A stretch of DNA of 64,000 nt from NCBI GenBank assembly GCA_964016885.1, contig OZ024741.1, positions 379,812,001 to 379,876,000 of the forward strand, written 5' to 3'. The translations under genes and the position numbers were made by a program. This DNA is from Eledone cirrhosa. Its lineage: Eukaryota. The notes below the pieces were generated by a model. That model was not told where the DNA came from. It searched no databases and worked only from the letters and a program-made list of their open reading frames with translations. Below are positions 14,001 through 26,064 of this stretch, one piece after another. Each line of letters opens with the position of its first letter. Position 1 is the stretch's first letter.

Positions 14001-14737
14001 CGTTTAGAATAGAGTCCATTAGGTTTAGTAAGGCTTTAGCAATAGAGAAAAATAGAGCAGAGGGATAATTAGTTAGAAAATTAGACGACGCGCTTAGCAA
14101 AGCCCTCGCGACCGACGTACTAGCGACGAAATTGGCCCTTGACCAATCTTCAATTCAAAGCACGAAGGGTGCGTTGTCAGAGCTGGAGTGAGTGCTCTCA
14201 GACACGAGGGGACGAAAGCTGTTCAATGGGCCCGAGTGGCGGAGGCGCGTCTTGGCACCAAAGCTACGATCCGGTCTTTGGGGGACCACGACGGGCGCAT
14301 GCTACTCGATCCCGGACAAATGGCTGAAGCTTTTCAGCGACACTTCGCTCAGCTGTTCGGGGTCAGCGGCGGGCCGGATCGAGGGATGGACTTTAGTGTC
14401 TACCTTGACGGACTGCCACGGCTCTCGGCCACAGAGGCGGAGTGTTGCGAAAAGCCGATAACAGCCGCTGAAGTACAGGAGGCAATGACTGGCTGCACAA
14501 GGGGTAACGCGCCTGGTTTGGATGGTCTGCCCTATGAACTTTACGTACAGACTTGTTCGGAGGCCTCTTGGTGGACGTCTACTGCAACTGGCAACAGAAC
14601 GGGAGAATTCCCAGCTCCGTGAGCCGAGGAGCAGTGGTGCTGCTGAGAAAGGATCTGATCAAGGGGGATAACGTAGATAATTTCAGGCCCATAACTCTGC
14701 TAAACACAGAGTTCAATATTTTGGCCAGGGTGCTGGC
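11037..14737 (+). mobile_element. Tx1 family A copy 2, 5'-complete, 3'-truncated within RT, many lesions
   Basis: Starts GGCTACCTACG after (ATT)n 10995-11036; colinear with 3537-7370; similarity stops at ...ILARVLA. Confidence 0.92.
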
Positions 14738-15599
14738 TTCATACTATTTTACTACCTGCAATATCAATTCATTTGTTAGCTTCCGATATTGGTGCAGTGC
14801 AATTATTATTGCCTTGTAGAACAGCTTCAACTGGATTAGAACTCTGCTCCTTCAGATCAGTGTTGTTCGAGTCGCTCAACGTCCGCATACGGTGACAAGT
14901 CAGGAATTAACGGGGACATTCTTTTGCCACCCTGTGCTATACATCTAACTATGTTAAAGCGGTATTGAATAACAGGTATTGCTAAGCTCTTTATTGCAGA
15001 TAGTATGTTCCTTTAATTGATTTCGGTTTTAACATAAATCGCACTTGTCTATAATATTCTTTTCGGAAAATTTCCTTCAAGCATTCAGCATTTCTATTGT
15101 ATCCATTAGGATTACTCCAGATGTTTTCCCAGAATATTTGTACTTCATTCATTGAGGGGGATTGTTTTATTTCTATTTCATGTTTACCTATTTCTCTATA
15201 GAACCTTTTGTCAACTGTTTCAAAGACTTTGTTTTGTGTTTTTATATATGTGGTCCTTTACAATTATATCAGGTTTGTTGGCCTTGATTGTTCTGTCAAT
15301 TATTCACAAGCAAAACCCAGTAGAATGTTACTTCCTCACCTCCTGTTACTGCATCTGGGTGATGGTTATATCATTTTCCCTTCGTTTTCATACCATAAAT
15401 CATGCACATTGCACAGTGAAATGATGGTCCCACGCTATCCTGTCTCGTTTTCTATTCCCGGGCAACTATTAAAATGCGGCTTTAAACCAGGTAGATTGTG
15501 GTCTCAACCTGCATATCACAGAATCGACACATTTCGTCAATTCCATTTCTGATCATTTTGGTTTGAAAGTTGCACGTTGGGAGTCACTGTCTTTGTGCA

Positions 15600-15782
15600 G
15601 TCATAATGAAGCCTTTCTAGCATGGTTACGCCCCTTTACGTTCTGACTTCAAATCCCGTCGAGGTTAACTTTGCCTTGCATCCTTACAGGCTCAATAAAA
15701 TAAAGTACCAATCGCGCACTAGGGTCGATTTAATCGACTTCCTCATGCCCCAAATTGCTGGCATTGTGCCTATATAAGAAAC
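15600..15782 (+). mobile_element. tRNA-related SINE (family 1), decayed
   Basis: B-box-like GTTCTGACTTCAAATCCC, then GAGGTTAACTTTGCCTTGCATCC..TAAAGTACC..GGGTCGATTTAATCGAC; shared with copies at 40.4-41.9 kb. Confidence 0.75.
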
Positions 15783-15787
15783 TATTA

Positions 15788-15875
15788 TTATCATCATCAT
15801 CATCATCATCATCCTCGTCTTCGTCGTCGTCGTCATCATCGTTGTCGTCGTCATCATCATCATCATTATTATCAT
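15788..15875. repeat. (CAT)/(CGT) triplet microsatellite
   Basis: Direct inspection. Confidence 0.9.
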
Positions 15876-16404
15876 AATTGATTTTGCTTTCGTTTATCAA
15901 TCGTTTTTTTTATTGTTTGTAGAGATGGAATGCAGACAAGTGGCTTTCGGACATATGAGCGACCACTTCAGAACACAGCGATGGAAAATATCTGTTCCTC
16001 TTAGACATTTTTTATATTTTGATATTTTTATAAACAATGTTAAATAGGAATTAAAATGCCAAATTCGAACAGTGTGGGGGTGAGTTGCTAGACACAACCA
16101 TAGTATAAGTGAATAAATGATAAAAGAATAAAAATGTTAAAATGTATGAACAGATAAATATGCCATTTGAAACAGCCACACATATCTGTAAACACAAATA
16201 TTTCAACTTTCCAAATTGCAACTACCGTAAGAAAAACTGCTGAACTCATAATTTTTTTTTATGAAACCAAGAGCAACCGTTTCAACGGAAGCCCTACAGA
16301 ACAGTACAAACTCAAGAAATTAAAAGAACAAACTATTAAAAGGCAAACTGTTACAAAAGACATTCGTGCCCCAGAAATTTAACCACATATATTAAAAAAA
16401 AAAC

Positions 16405-16668
16405 AGTTCGGTCACGAATGAACATGAGACCTGCAGCTAGAAAGCTTCCCTCCGAGGCACAAATCTGGGTAATGTGGTTTGTGGAAAGCCAGTAGTCGCC
16501 CATGCATAAGATTGTTTCCTCTCTACTCCACCGATGTTGACCAAGGGAAAGGCAATGGCCGATGCAGCCAGGCACTCATTTCCACAGCTAAGTAAATTAG
16601 AACAAAGTGAAACAAAGTGTCTCGCCCAAGGACACAATGCATCACCCGGGAATCGAAATCACAACCTC
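16405..16668 (-). mobile_element. tRNA-derived SINE with CORE-like domain (family 2)
   Basis: Minus strand GATTTCGATTCCC (B box), then TGTGTCCTTGGGCGAGACACTTT, as in the copy at 34169. Confidence 0.72.
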
Positions 16669-16697
16669 AAACATTTTTAGAGGCGGCCTTTACTTAC

Positions 16698-16893
16698 TTC
16701 GTGGTAGGTAGGTCACATGTATGTGAAAGTTTTCTTGGGAGCTATAGGTGACACCCATTGCTCCATCACCCCTAGAAGTTGGCCTGTGGTAGATTATATC
16801 TTCAGGCAGTTGCTCGCTTATATCGCAAATTGCTATCATATCTGTTGGCCGTATCGCTATCCGTTCTTTAGCAGGACAGCTCTGCCGTACCAT
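16698..16893 (-). CDS. Possible isolated exon of an unknown host gene
   Basis: Bounded by TTATTACAG| and |GTAAGT on the minus strand; one open frame (MVRQSCPAKERIAIRP...); no family recognised. Confidence 0.22.
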
Positions 16894-17226
16894 CTGTAAT
16901 AAATACACTTGTAACACAAGTGAAAGAAACATCATGAACCAGATACAGTTGAAAAGGTAGAGCGCCAAAAATATGGGTAGTGCCTCTCCTTTATAATAAA
17001 ACCTGTTTGAGGCCATCAACTCCAATGTCAGCGCATGTTCCAAAAATGATAGAGCAGAGAAGAAGGCTAGGGAAAAGTAAACATGTTGTTAGCATCATTT
17101 CAAAGTACACCACATGAGTTTTAAGACAGATGGCAATTTTACATTTACAAACATCCGATTGCCAAAGATAAACATGGGTACGTCGAATAAAACACTCCGC
17201 TTATTGCGAAGGTAGATAATACTCCC

Positions 17227-17281
17227 TTCTTCTTCTTCTTCTTCTTCTTCTTCTTCTTCTTCTTCTTCTTCTTCTTCTTCT

Positions 17282-17322
<41 letters not shown>

Positions 17323-17423
17323 TTCTTCTTCTTCTTCTTCTTCTTCTTCTTCTTCTTCTTCTTCTTCTTCTTCTTCTTCTTCTTCTTCTTCTTCTTCTTC
17401 TTCTTCTTCTTCTTCTTCTTCTT
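17227..17423. repeat. (TTC)n-(GTC)n-(TTC)n compound microsatellite
   Basis: Direct inspection; may be an expanded (GAA)n tail of the adjacent RTE. Confidence 0.97.
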
Positions 17424-17429
17424 GATGGG

Positions 17430-17850
17430 GAAGTGTCCTCAAACACGCCTTCCATTGAGTTTTATCAGAAACAGACGTCTCTAATTTATCCGGCTAGATA
17501 CCCAAGCGGGACTAACAGAGCTCATGGATGTTATTCGACAAGATTGCTCGGAGTCTCACCTGGGTCACCTGCCTGATTCTTTGTTAAGGCATTCTAACAA
17601 TGTAGGAGTAATATCAGAGTTTTCATTACTTAATTCAGAGAAATAGCCTTTCTTCTGTCGAGTAACGTTACTCCAAAGACCCTTATGAAGTATCCTATTT
17701 CGGATATTTGTATTCCCGGTGGTATTTCTTCGGTCTCTACCCAAGATTCCTGACTATAGGTATGAGTTGGCACGAATACCGAATTGAAAATAGCGAGTTT
17801 GGCTTTTACATCCACATCTCTTACCCTGATGACCCAATTACGAACATGGC
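17430..17850 (-). mobile_element. Decayed RTE-clade LINE 3' fragment
   Basis: KAKLAIFNSVFVPTHTYSQESW...IQISEIGYFIRVFGVTLLDR resembles the RTE post-RT motif (K.KL.IY....P.LTYG.ESW...IQA.EM.FLRR..G.T..DR). Confidence 0.65.
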
Positions 17851-18267
17851 ACATTACTGGTGTATGAGTGATTCGTACGTGACCGCCTTCCTCAAAACAG
17901 CTGTGAATGGTTCTGCCTTTGTATGGGATTAATGGAGAGATTCATGTTGCCCTGAGAAATGGTGCAAAGCGGGTGTTTGACTCCGCCATGGTAGATAATA
18001 TCTGAATAAAAAAACACAAACAAATATTTAAAGAACTCATGCTCACATAAAATCCATAACAGAATCATTCACACGATTAAGGCTAAGCGTCGAATATCCA
18101 ACACTGGGATTTCAAATGGGTACTTTCGGAAATATCAGTTTCCGGAACACAAAGAATGTGTATACTGCATGTGTGCGTGAGTGTGATTTATATTAATATT
18201 TTCATTTGTTTTTATTTGTATTTTAAATATGTTTAATGTATTTTACTTGGATTTCACTTATTTCACT

Positions 18268-18321
<54 letters not shown>

Positions 18322-18579
18322 TTTATCCGGGGTATATATATATATGTGTGTGTGTAAGAAGTTTATCCAGGGTTCTATCGTGGGTATACATAGCAGAGTA
18401 TAAATATTTCTAACGAATGAAACATGTATAGTCCTGTAGAATACATTTCACAGTTTGAGATGGAGGGTTTGTGGTTTTTATCCAAATCCTTTTTTATGAC
18501 CATTATCTTTTGGTTGGCATAAAACTCTCTATGACAAATCATGTGGTTATGAAAAAGGCTACAAAGAAACCACAAATAA

Positions 18580-18920
18580 GAAATGGCGCGAAATGTAAGG
18601 TGACAATCATAACCAATGCAATTACATTTATAAAAAACAACAATTCAAGCCACTTTTTAAAGTGAAAATGACAATAAAGAACCTTGAAATGCAAACTGGC
18701 GCGAAGGTTGATGTACATATTCACGTGACTGTCATCAACCAACCAAATTTCACTTATATATGAAAAAACAATTTGAGCCACCTTTTTTAAAGGCAAATAC
18801 AGTAGGAAATTTGTAATGCGAACTGGCGTGAAATGTATTATACTTATTCACGTGACAATCATCAACCAACCAAATTACTTTTTTTAAAAACCTAGCAATT
18901 CGAGCCACCTTTTTTCACAT
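18580..18920. repeat. Diverged ~120-bp tandem repeat (about 3 copies)
   Basis: Recurring TGGCGCGAA..GTGAC(A/T)..CATCAACCAACCAAATT..GAGCCACCTTTTT. Confidence 0.6.
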
Positions 18921-20152
18921 GAAACAGAAGTAACATTCGAACACCAACCAGATGCGAACAAAACTACAAAACCTCCATCCCAATTCTACTTTTGAAAAGC
19001 ATAAGAACTGTGGAACCGGTAAAGGAAACAAATAAATATAATTTTAAAAGACTCCAGTTGCATTTTCGATTTATTTTCCTTATACTGTCACTTGTGTAGT
19101 ACATCTAATTTTTTTCTTTTAATAAAACCCCTCATTTATATATATATATACACACGTATAAGGAATACGGATTTAAATTAAATCATTTAATTCATTTACG
19201 ACAATTTTGTTAAAATAACGAAAATATTTCAATGTTTGTATGTGTGTGTGCGTAGATGATTTTTTTTGGTTTTTGAATACAATACCAAACATCTGAACAC
19301 ATGAAATTACTCTCACCTGACAACGTGGTATATGTCGTATTGAAGTTAGTAGATTATATTAGGTATACAAAGAAAACCAGTGGTTATGTTAATAATGATG
19401 ATACAGTTCAATAATAATTGGCTTATTTCAATATCTCATTGTTTCGTTTATTTCAGTATATAAATCATATTTCTATCGATTTTTCCTACTCTGGAGTAGA
19501 CTGATGATAGTTGTGCAATTATTTTCTCATGAACGCAGACATTACTGTAAAGTCGTGACATCATTCCAATGTATTACTAATATATTTGTCGCATGATGTT
19601 GTTAATGATGGCACAACATAATCTTTTTTAGTGTGTTTTATATTTCTTTATATTGGCAACCCAATTCCTCACAATGACCTTTGAGGGCAGCCTTCAAACA
19701 ATCATCGATATGAAAATACAGATGTACTTATCCGAACTTGTGAGTTATATAACCTTTCATATTGTAGAGGAAATATGAACGACATGGTCATCTGGTAGTG
19801 TTGTTTTGATTTAGCCCAAGGTTCTGCTCAAGTAGTCCTGGTATTAAATGTATTTGTGTGTAGCCAGGTGTATGGTTAAGTATATATAGGCCTGCAGGGA
19901 GTTATATTCCAATTAATAATTGTAGAAGAGAAAACAACCTTTGAACAGGATACCTTCTTCGAACATCCACCTTTTAAAACAGGGATAGAATTCTGCCTTT
20001 TCTCATAGACACAATGTAATTGTTGGCGGCTTTGTGGTGACTTATCAACATGTCTATTCTTTAGCGACACATGTTGGTGAATGTAGGAGGTGTTGTATAT
20101 ATACGTTATGCATGTTTTTGAGTTTATGGATAGTTATATCAATGATAGTGCT

Positions 20153-20225
<73 letters not shown>

Positions 20226-20334
20226 TATATATTTAATGCAATGAAATATCTATGATCGTCGGCAAATCACTGATGAGGGACTCATTTTATTACATGTTAT
20301 CCATGTGCTACCTGCAGTATTTTTCTCTATATTT

Positions 20335-20369
<35 letters not shown>

Positions 20370-20903
20370 GTCACTCTTGAGTACTACTGGTAACATGTAA
20401 CCCAGTACAACCTGTAGCATGTTCGGGCCGTCACCGACTATACCGGCAACCACACCAAGTTTAGTTGGTGATGAGGGTGATTTTCGACACCCTGCAGCAC
20501 ATAAAAGCAAAATCTGACAAAGGGCGGAAGAACTCATGAGAGTCAACGGCCATAGAAAGTGTGTAAATATGTATATACACATGTACAGCGCGGTTAAACC
20601 ACTGGGAGTGAAGGAAACCTACCCTTTGTCAGGGCATTCTTCTAGGAGAGGGCAACTAGGGAAACTGGGATAACTCCGATATCAAATCTGCAGCTTAGTA
20701 GTTACCGATGATGTTGATCTTTTCTTCTTTTTGGGTTATAGCTACTGTCGCTCAGAGAGTGGGATTGGCTCAGTACACAGTCTTTCCTCACTTTAAAAAA
20801 GTATCTTCACGCGCAGGCATTGCAGTATAGAATTAATTAATAATTATTAATAATGGTATATCATGCAATGGCCATCATATATATATATATATATAAATAT
20901 ATA

Positions 20904-20957
<54 letters not shown>

Positions 20958-21149
20958 GGTGTGTGTGTTTGTGCATGTGTGTATATGTGTATTTGCAATA
21001 ACTCTTCCATGGCTATCTCCTTAGTGTTACCTCATGAGGTGTTAAATGATAGTTGTATTTGAAGAAAATTAAACAATGTAACATCTTGACCCGGGATAAT
21101 GGAAGGTAGAGCATTATTGAGGAAGAAAGCAGTCAATATGGTAAAGTGT

Positions 21150-21335
21150 AAAAACCTATCAGGGAACCCACAAGGTGAACCTTTAGCATTAAAAATAGCC
21201 TTAAAGTAATTTTTGTTGTTATATGAGTGGCCAACCAATCCTGAACTGCCCCAGACTCCCTTATGTCTACATTGGGTCCCAGGTGTAAACGTCATGATAA
21301 TGGAGACGATATAGTAGCAAAAACAGGATTTGAAA
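21150..21335 (+). mobile_element. Decayed RNase H domain fragment from a retroelement
   Basis: GEPLALKIAL (cf. AELxAIxxAL) and LHWVPG.../..DIVAKTG (cf. WVPGH.G..GNE.AD.LAK), with frameshifts. Confidence 0.35.
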
Positions 21336-21849
21336 TGATAATTGCTTAATTTGCTGTTGGGCACCAAAACAAATTAATTATTATTTAACACATTTGATAC
21401 CGAAGAGTATGAAACGGCCCTAGATATGATACAAAACAACTTATTTTAACACATTGATAATTATATTAAATCATTCAATCATTCAATTTCCTCCAAATAT
21501 TTGATTATTTTCAAAATTAATTGAAACAGATAGGCATTATTTTTATGTATATACATCCCTTCATCTCTGTATGGCCTCTAATAAAATCTTCATTACCTTA
21601 CATTCACATATTCTAAACATATTTAAACCTGGAAATCTACATGTGTAATCATCTGTGTGACTCACATTGAAAGTACCACTACGTCACAGAATCACGAACA
21701 ACCGATTTGTGGTATTTGTACATCAAACCAAATATTTGTTTAGTCTACAAATATGAGAAAATACACTACTCGAAATATCTGAAACGTAATTTGAGTATTA
21801 TCTTAATCTATAACTTATTATTAGACTCCTCATACACCCACCAAATAGT

Positions 21850-23100
21850 TCCTCCCTAAAATACATAAACTTAATAATCCCGGAAGTTTTATCTTTTCCG
21901 CCAGTGACTGCTCAACCGAAATCATCGCACAACACCTTCATACACTCCTCACCCCATTACTCGGCGACCTCCTCTCCCACTTTCACGAAACCAGTCATGC
22001 CCTTAAAATTGCAACTCCTCCTCTCCTGGCCCCTCTCACCTACTCTTCTCCCTGTACATCAGCTATCTCTATAACGTCACTCCTCACGATGAAGGCCTCC
22101 GCACTTTCCGACATATTTGGGACCTACAGCCTACACCTTACCCTAACAAATCCATTCTTTTCCATCTTGCTGAGCTTGTCTGACCCGGGATTTCCTTTTC
22201 TGGAGTGTTTTAATAGCAGATCTCTGGGGAAACCAATCTGTTTGTTGGCTATGTCAAGGACCGCATCTTCTCCCGGTACACTTGACCTACACCTGAGCTA
22301 TATGTTCGTTACATTCACGACTGTATCGGCACTACCTCTCTCTCCCGTGAACAGCTCGACTGCTTTCTTTTCTTCGTCGAGTCTTTCCAACCCACTCTCA
22401 ACTACACCATCTCCGTCTCCAATACTTCAATCCAATTTCTCACCATCTCCCTCTCTCTCTATCGATCACACACACCAGACCTTTTCTACTACCATCATCT
22501 ACAAAGCAACTGACTCCCACTTCTACCACGACTTCACCTCATATCACCAGAACAACACTTAACTGTATATTAGACTCCAAATCCATCGGTCTTCGTCGTC
22601 TCTACAGCCAGGACCATGATTTCAAGATTCAGTCTCAACGCATGGATTCTCGGTTCATCCTCCTTCATTCAATCTACTCTTACTCACGCCCGTGATACGG
22701 ACCACACCGCAGTCTTCTCAACCACTAACCGACACCACCCAACACTCAACTATTCTTCCCTATTACCTACCATTCGTCTATCTTACAACTACGTCGCCTC
22801 ATCCTTAATTGTTTCCGAACCCCTGATTATGACCCCCTGACTTCTCGCTTCTTTCCGAGCACACCCATCGCAGACTTCAAGCCCGTCCATAATATCCGAT
22901 AAGTTCTTGGGAACATTTCCACTTTCCCATCCCCTAGATCACCTCCTGGCTCACGTGCTTGCTCGCACCCAAGCCGTAACAATTGCCCCTACATAACAAG
23001 TGTCACCAGTATCACGGGTACGAAACATTACATTCGCATTCGCTACTCATTCATATGCCCTCCACCACGTCATCTACCCCCCCCCCCCCCCCGGTGTTCC
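21850..23100 (+). mobile_element. Decayed Penelope-like element (Neptune-like) RT-thumb-zinc finger region
   Basis: TTIIYKATDSHFYHDFTSYH (cf. YxKPTD..xYL...SxHP), LRRLYS.DHDF and CSHPSRNNCPYI; many lesions. Confidence 0.6.
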
Positions 23101-23383
23101 CTTTGTGGGTCCACTTACATCTTCTAGCGTCATTTCCGTTCCATACTTAACAACTCACTGTATCAGGGCTCCTCACACACCACGGATCCACAGCGCCAGG
23201 ACAAAGTAGAACTTAAATTTACAACTTCGAACCCCTTCTCCGAATAGACTGATTTACGTACACGGTTTCTTCCTAAGTAGGTTCTTGCTCTTTCACACAA
23301 ACACATGCAAATATACACACACACACACAGCTCAAGCCACCACACAATATACATCTACATTTTCACTATCCGTATATATATAT

Positions 23384-23572
23384 AGGAATGAGTAGGACCC
23401 CGACGGCTGAGCTCAAGCCGTTTCGACATCTAACTCAGCCCAGAATTAGCCGTCCAAACGGCTTGAGCTCAGCCGTTGGGGTCCTACTTGTTCCTATCAC
23501 CCACTCTACTACTCTAAGTATTGAGTACTTTGGTGCGTTATGGTCCATCTGCTTCCTACTACATATCCTTCG

Positions 23573-23574
<2 letters not shown>
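23384..23574. mobile_element. Fold-back mini-derivative of the PLE at 34471-38302
   Basis: Same left and right termini as that element; two inverted partial pLTR/HHR arms; flanked by (TA)n. Confidence 0.85.
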
Positions 23575-23654
<80 letters not shown>

Positions 23655-24496
23655 CACTGCAGGAACGCAGGAACACTTAACCATCAATTGTACACTTTCT
23701 AAAGTGTTCACACTGTCCGCACACACCGCCAACGCACATTCCTGTGCTCACGTCCAAGTATGTTTGCTTCTCTTGCGAGCCTGTCTGATCGCTTGGCACT
23801 CAGTGTCGCGGCTGTGGCGTCGTCGGTGTTGAATGTTTCCAAACATTTACATAGTCCCCAACACTTCCTAGCCCTATCCACCGCCACGCATCTTATAACC
23901 ACACACAACGCAGCTTAGTCGTTTACGTCTGTCTCACAGCTTCTCTTACGACCATACCAAGTAATGGAACATAATGTCTACTACAATTTTCACTATCTCC
24001 TCTTTTCTACACAGCACCTCTCGGTTTATGTTATGTGTGTGTTTAAGTCCTTATATGTAGACATTCATATAAATACTTATACACACTTTGCATCCCCAAT
24101 TTCTCAGTACCCAGCCCGTCACAGTCCTAGGCGTCTCCTTCAAACATACGAACACATCTTGACGTGCACACACACACGCACACACACACACACAGGCAAT
24201 CATATTCACATGTCCACCAAACATATGCATTGATTACCTCTCTTCCTAAACATTCCTAATGCGGAAGATTACCATTCGGTCAGCCACTCTCCAAGATGAC
24301 CGACTGAAGAACCACGTATGTTTTTCCTCTCCTATGTTTTCTCATTACTCCCGTCCTCTCTGTTATCACTCCTTACTTTCTATTTTAAACTACTTCTAAC
24401 TATATCTTCTGATATTTATTCCATGTACTGTGTAGTTATTTTTGTTTTTTTTTTCTGTTTACCTTTTACACCGACACACACCCACACACACCCCAG

Positions 24497-24539
<43 letters not shown>

Positions 24540-24589
24540 AATGATGCAAAGGGATGGATGATCAACCTAATGCAACAATAAAAGCAAGC

Positions 24590-25380
24590 CCGATCAAGAC
24601 AAATAATATGGTCTGACCTAATATAGCCTACTTGTTTGTCAAAATCGTGAGGAAATACTTTCTTTAATAGACATACAGTGAAATTGTCGTATACAACAAC
24701 TTAATACTTAGCATGAAACATAGGAAAAGTAAATAAAAGTTTAGCTAGAAACAAGTACACAGATGATATCTCATAAGCAACAATGCCACAACTCATACAG
24801 AATCCATAAATGAACATACAGAAGCTGGTAGGGCCGGAATACACGATAGCAAGAGTACAGCAACCACACATCAAACTAGATTAAATATGACACTATGTAA
24901 CTGTAGAGACAAAAGAAACTGTCCTCTGCAGAACAGATGCTTGCGAAAAATGTCGTATATCATCACACTGTGACATCAAACAATAGAATATATAGATACA
25001 TACGATCAACAGCAATAATATTCGAGGAAAGATGGTATTACCATAAACCTAAGTTTAATAGAATAGAGAAGATGAAAAGTAATGCCTTATTCGAATTGAT
25101 CTGGTACCTCAATAATGGAAACATTATACATAACTCTCCTGGATTCATTAAAAAAAGCACACGTAGGAAGGGGGTCACGTGTGATTTATGCATGGCAGGC
25201 AATTATTAGGGCAGGTGATAGAGTAATCAACAAAACAGATATATTCGATATATAAATTATATACGACATTTGTAAGATTATAGAGGTAAACCTATGATAG
25301 CTCTGCAACGGGAATAAAATCAGATTTTATAGAAATATCGGTCAACGAACACATATAACTTGGAAAGTTGATGCCGCCAG
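24590..25380 (+). mobile_element. Decayed Naiad-like PLE, GIY-YIG endonuclease region
   Basis: ORF 24937-25209 KNVVY...YIRST..FEERWYYHK..F...LIWYL...CDLC aligns by eye with the C-terminus of the 35.2-37.4 kb ORF. Confidence 0.65.
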
Positions 25381-25672
25381 TAAAGTGAGAAACACACAAA
25401 TACACACACATACACACAAATACAAAAGCACGCAAACACACACAAACACGCTAGCACACACACACACACATCCACAGACAAACAGACAAATTCAAATATA
25501 ATGACGCAGTTAATGAAACAACATCAAACCGACTGCATTGAGAGCACCAACAAAGAAAGACATCGACAACAGGTGGAATAATGAACGTCAATACAGTTTG
25601 GAGTCAACACTAAAATAATATATACTACATGGAATTATACCATACAATATAGGATATTCCAAATTAAAATCA

Positions 25673-25746
25673 CCTCTCTGACGAGTGACACGATGAAAAG
25701 ATAAAACTTTAAGCAATTCGTCGCCTATGAAATGCCGCATAACAGG
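25673..25746 (+). ncRNA. Type I hammerhead ribozyme motif (PLE pLTR type)
   Basis: cctct-CTGACGA-...-GAAA-tgccgca-TA-acagg, downstream of the GIY-YIG remnant; stems imperfect. Confidence 0.55.
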
Positions 25747-25789
25747 AAATAAAAACAAATAAAAGCTCCTTCTTCCCTTATGTATCTAT

Positions 25790-25823
<34 letters not shown>

Positions 25824-26064
25824 CTATATATAATCTAGCTGTCGTCTGTTCTACAGTGTGGATGTAATTCACTTCGCGCAGAAGTTTTGTTCAAATTTAT
25901 TGCGGAAATTTTGTGAGTTCAAATTTAATTTTGATACTATTGTGTAGCTTGACCCCCCGTCTGAACTGCCAGGCGGTGGGTCAGCTCATCTTTACCCCTC
26001 CTAGAGGTGAAAAACCTGTTTTAAAAAATTTTGTGGCAAAAAAAATTTCAATCGTCTGACAGAA

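Noticed and set aside
17095-17455. Poly-E/D and poly-R ORFs
   Set aside because: Triplet microsatellite translation.
19497-19565. Hammerhead cores CTGATGA at ~19501 and ~20270
   Set aside because: No properly placed GAAA with a complementary stem II; at best decayed remnants.
20365-20830. Possible RTE 5' UTR-like repeat
   Set aside because: Only a weak remembered resemblance; cannot be supported without a database search.
21159-21320. Viral RdRp-like G.PQG.PL...NGDDIV (endogenous viral element)
   Set aside because: Motifs are separated by stops and frame changes; the adjacent HWVPG fits a decayed RNase H better.
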